The notes below the pieces were generated by a model that was not told where the DNA came from, did not search any database, and was given only the letters and a program-made list of their open reading frames with translations. The translations under genes were made by a program, and so were the position numbers. A stretch of 61,619 nt of DNA, counting the filler. It is 6 parts of 6 records of this genome, joined end to end, with 100 filler letters (N's around TTAATTAATTAA, not from the genome) between each part and the next. Parts side by side here need not be neighbours in the genome. Positions count along the whole stretch, not along the records: positions 1 to 8,054 come from DRR723986_3400; positions 8,155 to 18,237 come from DRR723986_3401; 4 more parts are not named here. One strand, 5' to 3'. Every line of letters starts with the position of its first letter. The first letter of the stretch is position 1. Shown one piece after another: positions 1 through 9,767 of the stretch.

Positions 1-1
1 A

Positions 2-52
2 TGGTCGGAGCGATAGGATTCGAACCTACGACCCTCTGGTTCCAAACCAGAT
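2..52 (-). mobile_element. 3' half of tRNA-Pro(TGG), probable att-site duplication at an island edge
   Basis: Reverse complement ATCTGGTTTGGAACCAGAGGGTCGTAGGTTCGAATCCTATCGCTCCGACCA has anticodon arm, T arm and CCA; D arm and 5' acceptor strand are absent after 52. Confidence 0.8.
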
Positions 53-395
53 AGATGGTGGTTTTTGTCTCTCGCAAGACCGCTGTAAATTCAATGCATT
101 AAGTGGGTTTGGACCCCTCTTTCTGCCGTGCCTCCAAACGCCAAGCCACCAATAAGCCACCGTCTGAGTTGCAATAGAGACGGGATAGCGAGGCTTGCGC
201 CTGCCTGCAACTGTTATGGTGTTTTCACTGCTACCGGGAACAGGCTCCACGCAGTGTGGATCAATGACGCCGTTATCATCACCCATCTGTGGGGAAGTCG
301 AAAACAACCGCGCAACCCTCCAAGGGGGCATGATACTCGCCCGTCGTACCCGTTCTCCCTGAAACCACTGGCGCTTCGTAACCAGCGCAATCAGT

Positions 396-1943
396 TCAGA
401 TGGGGGAGAGCGGAAAAGCCTCAGCATATACCGTCTCGGCCCAGACAGCTTCCTCGGGCGTCAGAGCCGCAAACTCGTTCTCTCGCGCGCGCTGTGACAA
501 GGTGCCGTTGTTCTGCCTGAGAAAGCGAAACAATAGATCGAGGCGCGCATCGGGAAGAGCCAGCCTTTGTTCAATGCGTGTCTTGAACTGGTCGTAGCGC
601 TCAAGGAACAAGAGCTCTTCCGGCAGGTCCCTTTCGATCGTCTGGGCGACGGATTCGAACAGGAAATGGACGTGCGGTGTGGCGTCGAAGTAGCGGTAGA
701 AATCAGCCGTCTCATTGAGGACCTCGACATTGTGGGTGTCTGTTTCCCGCCACCGAATGAAGGGCAGGATACGTTCTGAATGGGAGCGAAGTGTGTCCCG
801 GTACTCGATGATGCGTGACAGAAACGCACTCGATACAGGGAAGACAAGTCCGGCCGGATTAAATCCCGAAGCCTCGAGTTGATGGTGGATGAGGTATCGA
901 TGGATGCGTCCGTTACCGTCTTCGAACGGATGGATATAGACAAAGCCGAAGGCGATCAGCGCTGCTGCAACGACGGGGTTGAGGCCGGACGCGCCTGTAT
1001 TCGCAAAATTCAGCAGCCCGGACATCAGCACTTGAAGGTCTTCAGCCCGAGCGCTGATATGTTCGGGCAAGGGGGCGCCGCTGTGGCGATCACGTTCTCC
1101 GACATATCCCCCCTCGACCCGGTAGCCCATCCGCATGAAGCGGGCATCTGGAATGACGATCCTTTGCAGGCGGCAGAGTTCTTCGTGGCTTAGGCGATTG
1201 TGTCCTGCCTGGGCGACTGCCTGTCCCCAGCTTTGCAGCCGGTCCTGTGGTGGGTTTTCGCCCTCGATGGCAAAGGACGAGCGGGAGTCGGCGAGCAGCA
1301 GGAAGGCGGCCGCCCGGGCAACAAGGTCATTTCCGATCGGTCGGATAATTGCCGCAGCCTCGCCGGCAAGGTCGCGTTCGAGAAAGGCCTTGATTGGCGG
1401 TGTGAGTGTGACCAGCGGACAATAGTCCGTTGACCCCGGCAAATTGTTCCGGACCCTGTGGCGCTGCGAATTGGTTCCGCGGCACGTAATCTGAATGCCG
1501 GGGTTCAGCGCATTTGTGTAACCTACGGCACCCGCATCGGGCAGGTGGAGCGTGGTGCCGGTCAGCCATTCGAAGAAGAACCAGGCGCGCCTTGCATACT
1601 GGCCGTTCGGGCTGGCGCGAACCATGTTTTCGATCGGGGCCGCTCCGGTCTTCTGGAAGAGGGCTTTCAGGATCAACAGGTCGACGGGCTCATAGCGGAG
1701 CGCGAAGGTCATATGTCCTGCAAAACCTGGATCGGGAAGATGGCGCGGAGAATAGAGCCGCCAGCCATCTGCAGCCATCTCTGCAAAGCTTGGCTTTGCT
1801 CCACTCAGCACGCGCGGGAGCGGGATATCGAGGTCGAAGGCGTGGATCAGGGCCGCATATCCACACAGCCGCACACCTTCGGGAACGTGGCGGTCGCGAA
1901 AAACCCTCAAATCGGGCGAAAAATCGTAGTTTTCGTCGGGCAC
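396..1943 (-). CDS. Fic family protein
   Basis: Canonical Fic motif HPFEDGNGRIHR in a 515-aa ORF, GTG start. Confidence 0.9.
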   Translation of the reverse strand: MPDENYDFSPDLRVFRDRHVPEGVRLCGYAALIHAFDLDIPLPRVLSGAKPSFAEMAADGWRLYSPRHLPDPGFAGHMTFALRYEPVDLLILKALFQKTGAAPIENMVRASPNGQYARRAWFFFEWLTGTTLHLPDAGAVGYTNALNPGIQITCRGTNSQRHRVRNNLPGSTDYCPLVTLTPPIKAFLERDLAGEAAAIIRPIGNDLVARAAAFLLLADSRSSFAIEGENPPQDRLQSWGQAVAQAGHNRLSHEELCRLQRIVIPDARFMRMGYRVEGGYVGERDRHSGAPLPEHISARAEDLQVLMSGLLNFANTGASGLNPVVAAALIAFGFVYIHPFEDGNGRIHRYLIHHQLEASGFNPAGLVFPVSSAFLSRIIEYRDTLRSHSERILPFIRWRETDTHNVEVLNETADFYRYFDATPHVHFLFESVAQTIERDLPEELLFLERYDQFKTRIEQRLALPDARLDLLFRFLRQNNGTLSQRARENEFAALTPEEAVWAETVYAEAFPLSPI

Positions 1944-2189
1944 GATGAAAAACCTTCAAAACGTAGATTTGATCTAACGGCACTCTTCCCGAAAAACACT
2001 CACAAAATACGAATAACACTCAAAATATCGGAAAACTGCGAAAAATGATCAAAATGGAGTGCAGCCGAGGCCGCCGATGCGGTCTTCGAAGCTTAAATCG
2101 ATGCTCATGCTGCCTGCCAATAAGCTTGTACCCTGTTTTTTCGGGATTGTTCAAAACAAATTCAGGCGCTTGCGCGTTGCGTGATCAAG

Positions 2190-2264
2190 TATACGCCGCA
2201 GACGATAAATTCATCTTATACGCCATGACGTATATTGACATTTTATACGCTATAGCGCATAAGT
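2190..2264 (+). promoter_or_regulatory. hipBA promoter with three operator-like palindromes
   Basis: TATACG-N6-CGTATA perfect at 2217-2234, variants at 2190 and 2244; TTGACA at 2235-2240. Confidence 0.7.
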
Positions 2265-2291
2265 CTTCCAAGGTCGTCAGGAAAGCACCCC

Positions 2292-2543
2292 ATGTCAGAT
2301 CTCGTCAGATCACCCAAGCAGCTTGGTGTCGCCTTGCGGCGTTCCCGCCGCGCGCAGGCCCTGACGCAGGCGGATCTCGCCAGCCGGGCCGGGGTAAGAC
2401 AAGGCACTATTTCACAGGTGGAGAACGGGCTTGAAACCGTCAAGTTTTCCACGGTCATGGATATCCTGCGGGCACTCGATCTCGAAATCGTTGTCAGGCA
2501 ACGAACCAAAGGTTCGCACAGTGATATCGAGAGCCTGTTCTGA
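2292..2543 (+). CDS. hipB: HipB-like XRE/HTH antitoxin
   Basis: 83-aa HTH (LTQADLASRAGVRQGTISQVENG), stop overlaps hipA start (TGATG). Confidence 0.9.
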   Translation: MSDLVRSPKQLGVALRRSRRAQALTQADLASRAGVRQGTISQVENGLETVKFSTVMDILRALDLEIVVRQRTKGSHSDIESLF

Positions 2544-3853
2544 TGCCCCGGCGACGGCGAAGCGCAAGACTCCTTGTCGCCCTGAACGGCCGTGCCGTGG
2601 GTGTGCTTGATCGCGCAGCGAATGGCGCGATTTCCTTTGCCTATGATCAGGAATGGCTCGCCGATACGCGCCGGGCCATACCCGTCTCGCTTTCGCTCCC
2701 GCTGCGGGAAGAGCGTTATAGTGGGGCTGAGGTATCTGCCTTCTTCGACAATCTCCTTCCTGACAATGACCAGATCAGGCGGAAGGTCGCTGAAAAGGTA
2801 GGGGCGGAGGGGACAGATGCCTTCAGCCTGCTCAACCAGATCGGCCGCGACTGCGTGGGAGCCCTGCAATTTGTGCCGGACGGCAATGACATCGCACCGC
2901 CCGGGCCGCCGGAATATCTGCAGCTGAGCAATGCGGACGTCGCCGAAATCATTCGCAACCTGGCCGCAGCGCCGCTCGGTGTGAGGCCGGATGGCGAACG
3001 GGAATTGCGCATCTCCATTGCAGGCGCCCAGGAAAAGACTGCCTTGCTCTGGAATGATGGCTGGTGCCTGCCAAGAGGCACAGCGCCAACGACGCATATT
3101 CTGAAGCCTCAGCTCGGCAAGCTTCCGAACGGGCTCGACATGACGCTCAGTGTCGAGAACGAACATTTTTGCCTGGCTTTGTGCCGGGCGTTCGGCCTCG
3201 ACGTGGCAAAAAGCCAGATCGTTGATGTCGACGGTGTCCGCATCCTTGCGATAGAGCGCTTTGATCGCCTGATAGCCAGCGATGGCCGGCTGCTTCGTAT
3301 TCCGCAGGAAGACTTCTGCCAGGCGCTCTCGGTGCCGCCGACGCGCAAGTACAATACGGATGGTGGACCGGGTATTCGGCAATGCCTCTCCCTCCTGTCC
3401 GGCAGCGACTATGCGGAAGAAGACAGGCTCGCCTTCCTGAAGGCCCAGGTCGTATTCTGGCTCATCGGGGCAACCGATGGCCACGCCAAGAATTTCAGCC
3501 TCTTCCTGACACCCGGCGGACGCTACAGGATGACGCCGCTCTATGACATCATGTCCTTGCAGCCGAACTATACGGCGAAGCAGCTCAGACGGAACGAATT
3601 TCGCCTCTCCATGGCGGTGGGGGACAACAGACACTACGGGATAGAAAGCATCCTGCCTTACCATTTCCTGGAGGATGCCAAGGCGGCCGGAATAGCGCAG
3701 GAGCAGGTCATGGAGGTTTTTGGCAGCCTTAGCGAAATGACTGTCAGCGCGTTCGAACGGACCGCCGCCTCTATGCCGGACGGATTCCCGCAACACCTGG
3801 CCAAGCAAATAGGCGATGCGATGCAGAAGCGCTCAGAGAAGTTGCGGCGGTAG
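2543..3853 (+). CDS. hipA: HipA family Ser/Thr kinase toxin
   Basis: ISIAGAQEK P-loop, IERFDR, DGHAKNFS, PLYD motifs. Confidence 0.95.
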   Translation: MPRRRRSARLLVALNGRAVGVLDRAANGAISFAYDQEWLADTRRAIPVSLSLPLREERYSGAEVSAFFDNLLPDNDQIRRKVAEKVGAEGTDAFSLLNQIGRDCVGALQFVPDGNDIAPPGPPEYLQLSNADVAEIIRNLAAAPLGVRPDGERELRISIAGAQEKTALLWNDGWCLPRGTAPTTHILKPQLGKLPNGLDMTLSVENEHFCLALCRAFGLDVAKSQIVDVDGVRILAIERFDRLIASDGRLLRIPQEDFCQALSVPPTRKYNTDGGPGIRQCLSLLSGSDYAEEDRLAFLKAQVVFWLIGATDGHAKNFSLFLTPGGRYRMTPLYDIMSLQPNYTAKQLRRNEFRLSMAVGDNRHYGIESILPYHFLEDAKAAGIAQEQVMEVFGSLSEMTVSAFERTAASMPDGFPQHLAKQIGDAMQKRSEKLRR

Positions 3854-4037
3854 CAGGAGACCCCAAAATCAGGCCATTTACCGGCAAAATTCAATAATGC
3901 CGGTAAGGTCCAAAATGCGTTGATGCGGTCGCGGTCATGCCAGCAGGTCTGGCAATGGGCCTGCCTGTTGGGTCGCATTGAGGTCCGACGCCAATATTGC
4001 GCCTTCAGCGGATCGCGTGTGATAGAGCCAGGTCATC

Positions 4038-4760
4038 ATGTTCGTACTCCAGCCGGTCAGCAATGAAGAGCCAGCGCTCAAAGGCGCACCAATGATCTGC
4101 GCAGCGCAGAAGCTGCTGGCCTATCTCACCGATAATGAAACCATCGGGTTGACCCAGGGCAAGGCGTTCCAGCGCAAGTTCGTCCACTGGGCCGCGGCGG
4201 AATTCGCCTGGCCGGGCTGGGAGGAAGACAGACTCTTCCTCGTCAACAAGGTTCTGAACGAATATGATTTCCCGCCGCTCGAAGCGCTGCACTTCGTTCT
4301 CCTGAAACTGAAGCTGATCCGGCACCATAAGCTGACGTGTCGTCTGACAAAGGCGGGCAGGGCATTAGCAGACAAGCCGGGTGACCTCTTCAATCTGGTC
4401 GCGCCCTTCTATCTGTTTGAAATAGACCACACCGCATCCTCGCGGATACCCGAACCGTTGCTCGGGAACTGGAGCGTCTTCCTTGGCGTGCTGAATGTCG
4501 AAGCGGCCGGCGGGGTGAGTTGCGGCGCTCTACGGAAAATTCTCTATGGCCCGCCGGACCCGAAGGAGCCGTATGACCTCTTGCCAGGCATGATCTGGAA
4601 TCAGGTCCTGTCGCCGCTCTGCTGGCTTGGTCTCCTGGCGGAACTCAAGAGCGATGAGCGTCAGCATATCGCAGACCGGCATTACGTGACGACCGGGCTC
4701 TGGGCGCAGGCGTTCAGGTTCCCGTTCGATGAGGGGCCAGTCGCGCGGGTCCGCCATTGA
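4038..4760 (+). CDS. hypothetical protein
   Basis: 240-aa ORF with ATG and protein-like composition; no family recognised. Confidence 0.65.
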   Translation: MFVLQPVSNEEPALKGAPMICAAQKLLAYLTDNETIGLTQGKAFQRKFVHWAAAEFAWPGWEEDRLFLVNKVLNEYDFPPLEALHFVLLKLKLIRHHKLTCRLTKAGRALADKPGDLFNLVAPFYLFEIDHTASSRIPEPLLGNWSVFLGVLNVEAAGGVSCGALRKILYGPPDPKEPYDLLPGMIWNQVLSPLCWLGLLAELKSDERQHIADRHYVTTGLWAQAFRFPFDEGPVARVRH

Positions 4761-4789
4761 TCCTCGCTTGGGACCTGTGGAGCTTGTCA

Positions 4790-5284
4790 TCGTTGCGACA
4801 GGCTTTGTTGCATGATGAGGCGGTCTCACCAGAGAATAGCCTGCGTCAGATCGATCAGGACATGCTGCGGCGGGTGTTCGGCATCAACACGATCGACCCG
4901 GCCCTGATTGCCCAGCATTTCCTGCCGCGCCTTTTAAAGCCGGGGAAATCATTCTTTGCGGCTCTGTCAGCTCGGTTCGGGTTGGTGTCTGACAACCCGC
5001 TGGGCGGATGGTATGCCTATCGGGCAATCAAAGCTGCGCTCCACCGGCTGGTCTGGAACTTCACGATCGAACTTGGTAGGATTTACGAAAATGCTGTGTG
5101 TGTCGGTCTACATCCAGTGACGATAGATACCTCACTTTCACAGCCATTCCAACGCAGCCTTGGTCCCGGCCGACTCTTTGCGCCAAACTATGCCGTAGAA
5201 AGGCTCATTGCCGTTCTCGGCGGGTTGAACCCGGGCCAGTCGGGGCGGATATTTGCCTGGGATGGCAAGGAGGTTGGCCCATGA
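4790..5284 (+). pseudogene. 5'-truncated, degenerate CsgA-like short-chain dehydrogenase
   Basis: GGWYAYRAIKAAL (YxxxK) and LHPVTIDT present, N-terminal NAD-binding glycine motif missing; left boundary approximate. Confidence 0.7.
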
Positions 5285-5321
5285 CGGTAAATGTCTTCCA
5301 GACGGAAAGAATTGCAGGGAC

Positions 5322-6038
5322 ATGACGGACGAGATGAAAAACCAAAAGACGCAGGACGATAGCCCTGTCTCGATTCGTATTCGCGAGCGTCTGAAGCAGG
5401 CGAGAAGCCGCTTTCACGCCAACGACAATATTTCTGCATTCCTGGAGCCTGGTGATCTCGATGCCTTGCTGGCTGAAGTCGAGGAGAAATTCAGGGACGT
5501 TCTCGAAAGCCTCGTGATAGACATTGAAAGCGACCATAACACCCGGGAAACAGCCCGGCGTGTTGCAAAGATGTATCTGACGGAAGTGTTCAGGGGCAGA
5601 TATGTCGAGGCTCCGCCCGTCACCGAATTCCCCAATGCAGAAGCGCTGAACGAGCTGATGATTGTCGGCCCCATCACGGTCCGCAGCGCGTGCAGTCACC
5701 ATTTCTGTCCCATCATGGGACGCCTCTGGATCGGTCTCATGCCGAATGAACGCTCCAACCTGATCGGGCTCTCGAAATATGCTCGATTGGCCGAATGGAT
5801 CATGTCGCGGCCACAAATACAGGAAGAGGCCATTTCGCAGATGGCGGAACTCCTGATGAAGAAGGTGCGGCCCGACGGCCTTGCAGTTGTTATGGAGGCA
5901 GATCATTTCTGCATGCATTGGCGGGGCGTGAAAGACGAAGCTGCAATGATCAACAGCGCGATGCGGGGCTCGTTCCTGAAGGACCAAACCTTAAGGAGTG
6001 AGTTCATGTCATTGCTCAATCTCAGGAGAGTTCGCTGA
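5322..6038 (+). CDS. folE: GTP cyclohydrolase I
   Basis: TARRVAKMY, SACSHH, IGLSK, RPQIQE, HFCMHWRGV. Confidence 0.95.
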   Translation: MTDEMKNQKTQDDSPVSIRIRERLKQARSRFHANDNISAFLEPGDLDALLAEVEEKFRDVLESLVIDIESDHNTRETARRVAKMYLTEVFRGRYVEAPPVTEFPNAEALNELMIVGPITVRSACSHHFCPIMGRLWIGLMPNERSNLIGLSKYARLAEWIMSRPQIQEEAISQMAELLMKKVRPDGLAVVMEADHFCMHWRGVKDEAAMINSAMRGSFLKDQTLRSEFMSLLNLRRVR

Positions 6039-6039
6039 T

Positions 6040-6471
6040 ATGCTTGTGCGATGCCTTTATGCCAGCCAGCCCGTTGGCGCCATCACCGGGAGCCTGCTGA
6101 ACGGGATCCTTGAACAATCCCGCAACAATAATCCGCTGCTGGGTGTCACCGGTTTGCTGTGTGCGACAGACAGGCACTTTATCCAAGTTCTTGAAGGCGG
6201 GCGCGACGAAGTGTGTGATCTCTTCAACGCTATTGTGCGGGACAAAAGGCACCTGAAGGTGAGGATCCTCAGCTATGAGGAGATTTCCGAAAGGCGCTTC
6301 GCGAACTGGGCGATGGGCCAGGTCAATATTTCCAAGACCAACCCGACGCTGCTCCTCAAATATTTCAGACATGCGGACATCAATCCCTTTGACAGCTCGG
6401 GAGCCGCCACTCTTGCCTTGTTGTCGGATCTCGTCGCTGCCGGTGCGCTTGTCCGCCATGGGGACGGATAA
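6040..6471 (+). CDS. standalone BLUF blue-light photoreceptor
   Basis: LYAS, NN..GVTGLL, FIQVLEG, RRFANWAM with conserved Tyr/Gln/Met. Confidence 0.92.
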   Translation: MLVRCLYASQPVGAITGSLLNGILEQSRNNNPLLGVTGLLCATDRHFIQVLEGGRDEVCDLFNAIVRDKRHLKVRILSYEEISERRFANWAMGQVNISKTNPTLLLKYFRHADINPFDSSGAATLALLSDLVAAGALVRHGDG

Positions 6472-6598
6472 CAGCCTGCCCTTCAACCGGTTGGCAATAG
6501 CAGCCCTGAGCGATGTGAACGGACATTGGCTTGCCTTGGGCGCGCGCCGCCCATCCAATAGCCTTCAGCCTGCGGAAAAAAGGTCTGCTTGACCAGGA

Positions 6599-7015
6599 TT
6601 GCAGTCATGTCACGAAAACGATTTTGCATCGCTCACGCCGCGGCGGGCGCCGAACACCGCGCTCTTTTGCTCGCCCGATATTTGTAAGACAACGGGTCAG
6701 TACTCAGATGCACCGGTATTTGACATGACACCTGCCGATCTCAGCACCAAAATTACAAGGCTCGAGCCGCAATCTTTCACGCGGCGATTGGCAAATGGTG
6801 ATATCCAGATACGCTACGTGGCCGTTACGCCTGTGTTGAAGTATCGGGATGATGTCGATTTGCTTGTCCACCCTATAGAAGATGGCGGGTGTGTGCTCGC
6901 CGCCTATTCGAGGTCCAGACTTGGCCTTTATGATTTCGGAACCAATCGGGCGCGCCTCCAGGACCTGTTCGGGCAATTGCGGGCAGCAGATGATGAGCCC
7001 GGCTGGATCAGGTGA
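6599..7015 (+). CDS. DUF1499-like protein, 5' end possibly frameshifted
   Basis: YRDDV and YSRSRLGLYDFGTNRAR; RBS-preceded ATG at 6607 is out of frame. Confidence 0.7.
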   Translation: MQSCHENDFASLTPRRAPNTALFCSPDICKTTGQYSDAPVFDMTPADLSTKITRLEPQSFTRRLANGDIQIRYVAVTPVLKYRDDVDLLVHPIEDGGCVLAAYSRSRLGLYDFGTNRARLQDLFGQLRAADDEPGWIR

Positions 7016-7069
7016 TCCGCCGCTCGCCAATACCCGTGCCGTGTGTGCCACCGAGAAGAGCTGCCATTC

Positions 7070-8054
7070 ATGGCTGATATGAAGAAACCTGTTCGCGTGG
7101 CCATTATTGGTGCCGGGGTGACTGGCATCACATGCGCTGTGCTGCTCCAAGATTCGGGTCTCCAGGTGACGGTCTTTGAGAAAAGCCGGGGCATAGGCGG
7201 GCGACTGGCAACCCGACGGGCAGGTGAAGGCTTGAGCTTCGACCATGGGGCACCCTGTTTTACTGTTCACTCGCGGGCTTTCAGAGCATTCCTGAAAGAG
7301 AAAAGTCCTGAAGGCATCTTGCCATGGGTGCCTGCATCAAGCGCCCCCGGCCATAAGACCAGCCAATGGGTCGTCTCAAAGCCAGGCATGAATGGCTTTC
7401 TGAAGCATGCTGCAACCGGACTTGATGTGCGTCTGGGCTGCGAGGTCGTTTCCATATCCGATCATCCGCAGGGCTGGCATGTCAACACGGGCAAATCCGC
7501 CGAAGACGAGGCATGGGATATCGTCATTGTGACGGCGCCAGCGCCGCAGGCCGCCAAGTTGCTGTCTTTCTCGACCCGGCTTCGACCTGAATTCAATGCC
7601 ATACGCATGGCGCCTTGTTGGGCGCTGATGCTGGCATTTTCCTCTCGCGCGCGGACATCTTTTGATGTTGTGGTGCCTGATGCAGATGATCTTGCATGGA
7701 TCGGTCGAAATTCAAGCAAGCCTGGCCGGGATCGTACGCTTGATACCTGGGTAGCACATGCAAGTGCAGAATGGAGTCGAGCGCATCTTGAATCAGCGCC
7801 AGATCTGGTTCTCGAACTGCTGAAGGGACAGGTTCTGGACGAGATTGACCAATCAGATGCCTTGACCATCTTTGCCGTTGCTCATCGCTGGCGTTACGCG
7901 ACGACGGAGAAGGCGCTTGACGTCCCCTTTCTGAGTGACGAAACCGGGCGTGCATTCTTTGCAGGAGATGGGTGCCTTGGTTCAGGCGTGGAATCTGCGT
8001 TCGAAAGCGGAACCAGACTTGCCCGGCACATCCTACAGCAAAATGACAATACAA
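7070..8054 (+). CDS. FAD/NAD(P)-dependent oxidoreductase, renalase/COG3380-like; runs to contig end
   Basis: IIGAGVTG, EKSRGIGGRLATRR, FDHGA, HRWRYA, GDGCLGSGVESAFESG. Confidence 0.9.
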
Positions 8055-8154
8055 NNNNNNNNNNNNNNNNNNNNNNNNNNNNNNNNNNNNNNNNNNNNTT
8101 AATTAATTAANNNNNNNNNNNNNNNNNNNNNNNNNNNNNNNNNNNNNNNNNNNN
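8055..8154. other. artificial contig spacer; same spacer at 18238-18337, 36552-36651, 44026-44125, 56080-56179
   Basis: N-run, TTAATTAATTAA (stops in six frames), N-run; 100 nt each; composition changes across each. Confidence 0.98.
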
Positions 8155-8454
8155 GATGATCTTGGCCATGGTGAAGGTCTTGCCCGTGCCCGTCGCGCCG
8201 AGGAGGACCTGGTCGCGCTCGCCGGCCTGGATGCCCTCGACCAGTTCCGGAATGGCCGTGCGCTGGTCGCCCGCCGGCTCATAGGGGGAGGCGACGCGCA
8301 GCGGCCGGGAATCGTCGACGCTGACCCAGTTGCGGTCCGGCCGGTGGGGCGTCCAGTTGTCCGACGGCAGCGCCCCCGCCGCATCACGCGCGAAGCCATC
8401 TGCCCCGAAGATCGCCGGGGCTTCTGAAACACCTTTGGAGGGAGACCGAGCCAT
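8155..8454 (-). CDS. uvrB: excinuclease ABC subunit B, N-terminal part
   Basis: [11 protein letters not shown]...[19 protein letters not shown]. Confidence 0.95.
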
Positions 8455-8571
8455 GGGTCGAGATATGGAGCGGGGGAGCGGTGCTGTCTAGGGTGTTCTT
8501 GTTTTGTGCGGGTTGAGTGACCATCTCTTTTCTTCAAAGTGGAGAAAAGTTTAAATCCTAGGGGGGGAGCG

Positions 8572-9756
8572 GTGGACGTTATCTTTGGTTCAGTGTGGGC
8601 AACTGTCGCTACGATAGCTGGCGCCCTGTCTATTGTTACCGGTCTTTTCGGATTCGGATATCGGGTAGGCCACTGGAGGGGGCATTTAAAAAATCCGGAT
8701 GAGATGGCTGTAAGACAAGCATACCGCGAAAGAGATGTTGCGGAACAACAGCTTAATGAAATCAAAGGTCAGATAGCACTGCGGTCGTCGGAAGTTAGGC
8801 GGTACAGCGCGCTCAAGGAGGCGTTGATCGGCGGCGAAAAAACGCTTTGGAACTCACACAAAACGGAACCCTTCGAAGGATACGATCGCCTAGTGCAAAC
8901 AAATGAGGTGCACGTACTAACAGTAATGAACCTGAAAGGAGGAGTCGGAAAAACCACGTTGGCAACAAACCTTGCTGCCTATTTTGATCAACATCTCAAT
9001 AAGAGAGTTCTATTTGTTGATCTAGACTACCAAGGCTCAGCGACAACGGCCATGTTGAATTTGGTCGGGCTAGAGGACATTCCCACACAAAACGCATCTA
9101 AAATATTCACCGTAGAAGGACGCTTACCTTCTGTGGCTGAACTTGCTTTGCATGCTATGCGGCCTCTGTCTCGGACCGAATTGGTTCCCTGCAATTACTC
9201 GTTCTCTGCAATCGAGAACAAGGAAATGGTGAAATGGCTATTTCAAGAAAATCAAACTGATCCCAGGTTCGCCTTGGCCAAGGTGATATTCTCGGAAGAG
9301 TTTAGAGAGAGGTATGACGTAGTTATAATTGATGCGCCCCCAAGACTATCCCTCGGAGCGATCAATGCCCTGACATGCTGTAGAACAATTCTTGTTCCAA
9401 CTATTCCCGACTCGATGTCGACAGAAGCCGTGGGTAATTTTACCGCTCAGTTGAATTCGCTCGCCCCCATACTAAACCCATCGCTCTCTAAATTGTTGTT
9501 GGGGGTAAACAAGACCGGTGCAACGAATATGAATCCTGCAGAGGTTCGCGCTGTGGAACGAGCTTTCGAGGATATGCGAAACTGGAAGGGAATATCGAGA
9601 GTAGTGCCTACCAATATTCCTGATCGGGTCGCTTTTTCAAAAGCTTCCACAGAGCGTTCGCTGGCGTGGTTGCTTAATGATACGAATGCTGTCCAAATTC
9701 GAGATATTATCTCCAAGTTTGGGGATTACGTAGCTCGAGAAACAGGCATCATTTGA
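8572..9756 (+). CDS. ParA/MinD-family ATPase with N-terminal membrane helix and coiled coil
   Basis: Deviant Walker A KGGVGKTT, VDLDYQGS, IIDAPP; hydrophobic N-terminus; GTG at 8572 after a G-rich RBS (alternative start 8539). Confidence 0.85.
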   Translation: MDVIFGSVWATVATIAGALSIVTGLFGFGYRVGHWRGHLKNPDEMAVRQAYRERDVAEQQLNEIKGQIALRSSEVRRYSALKEALIGGEKTLWNSHKTEPFEGYDRLVQTNEVHVLTVMNLKGGVGKTTLATNLAAYFDQHLNKRVLFVDLDYQGSATTAMLNLVGLEDIPTQNASKIFTVEGRLPSVAELALHAMRPLSRTELVPCNYSFSAIENKEMVKWLFQENQTDPRFALAKVIFSEEFRERYDVVIIDAPPRLSLGAINALTCCRTILVPTIPDSMSTEAVGNFTAQLNSLAPILNPSLSKLLLGVNKTGATNMNPAEVRAVERAFEDMRNWKGISRVVPTNIPDRVAFSKASTERSLAWLLNDTNAVQIRDIISKFGDYVARETGII

Positions 9757-9767
9757 GGTCCTGAGAC

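Noticed and set aside
1-76. Complete tRNA-Pro gene
   Set aside because: D arm and 5' acceptor strand are missing
2243-3808. Long antisense ORFs (also 10899-12413, 14786-16039, 41576-43093)
   Set aside because: Shadow frames of real genes in GC-rich DNA, without motifs
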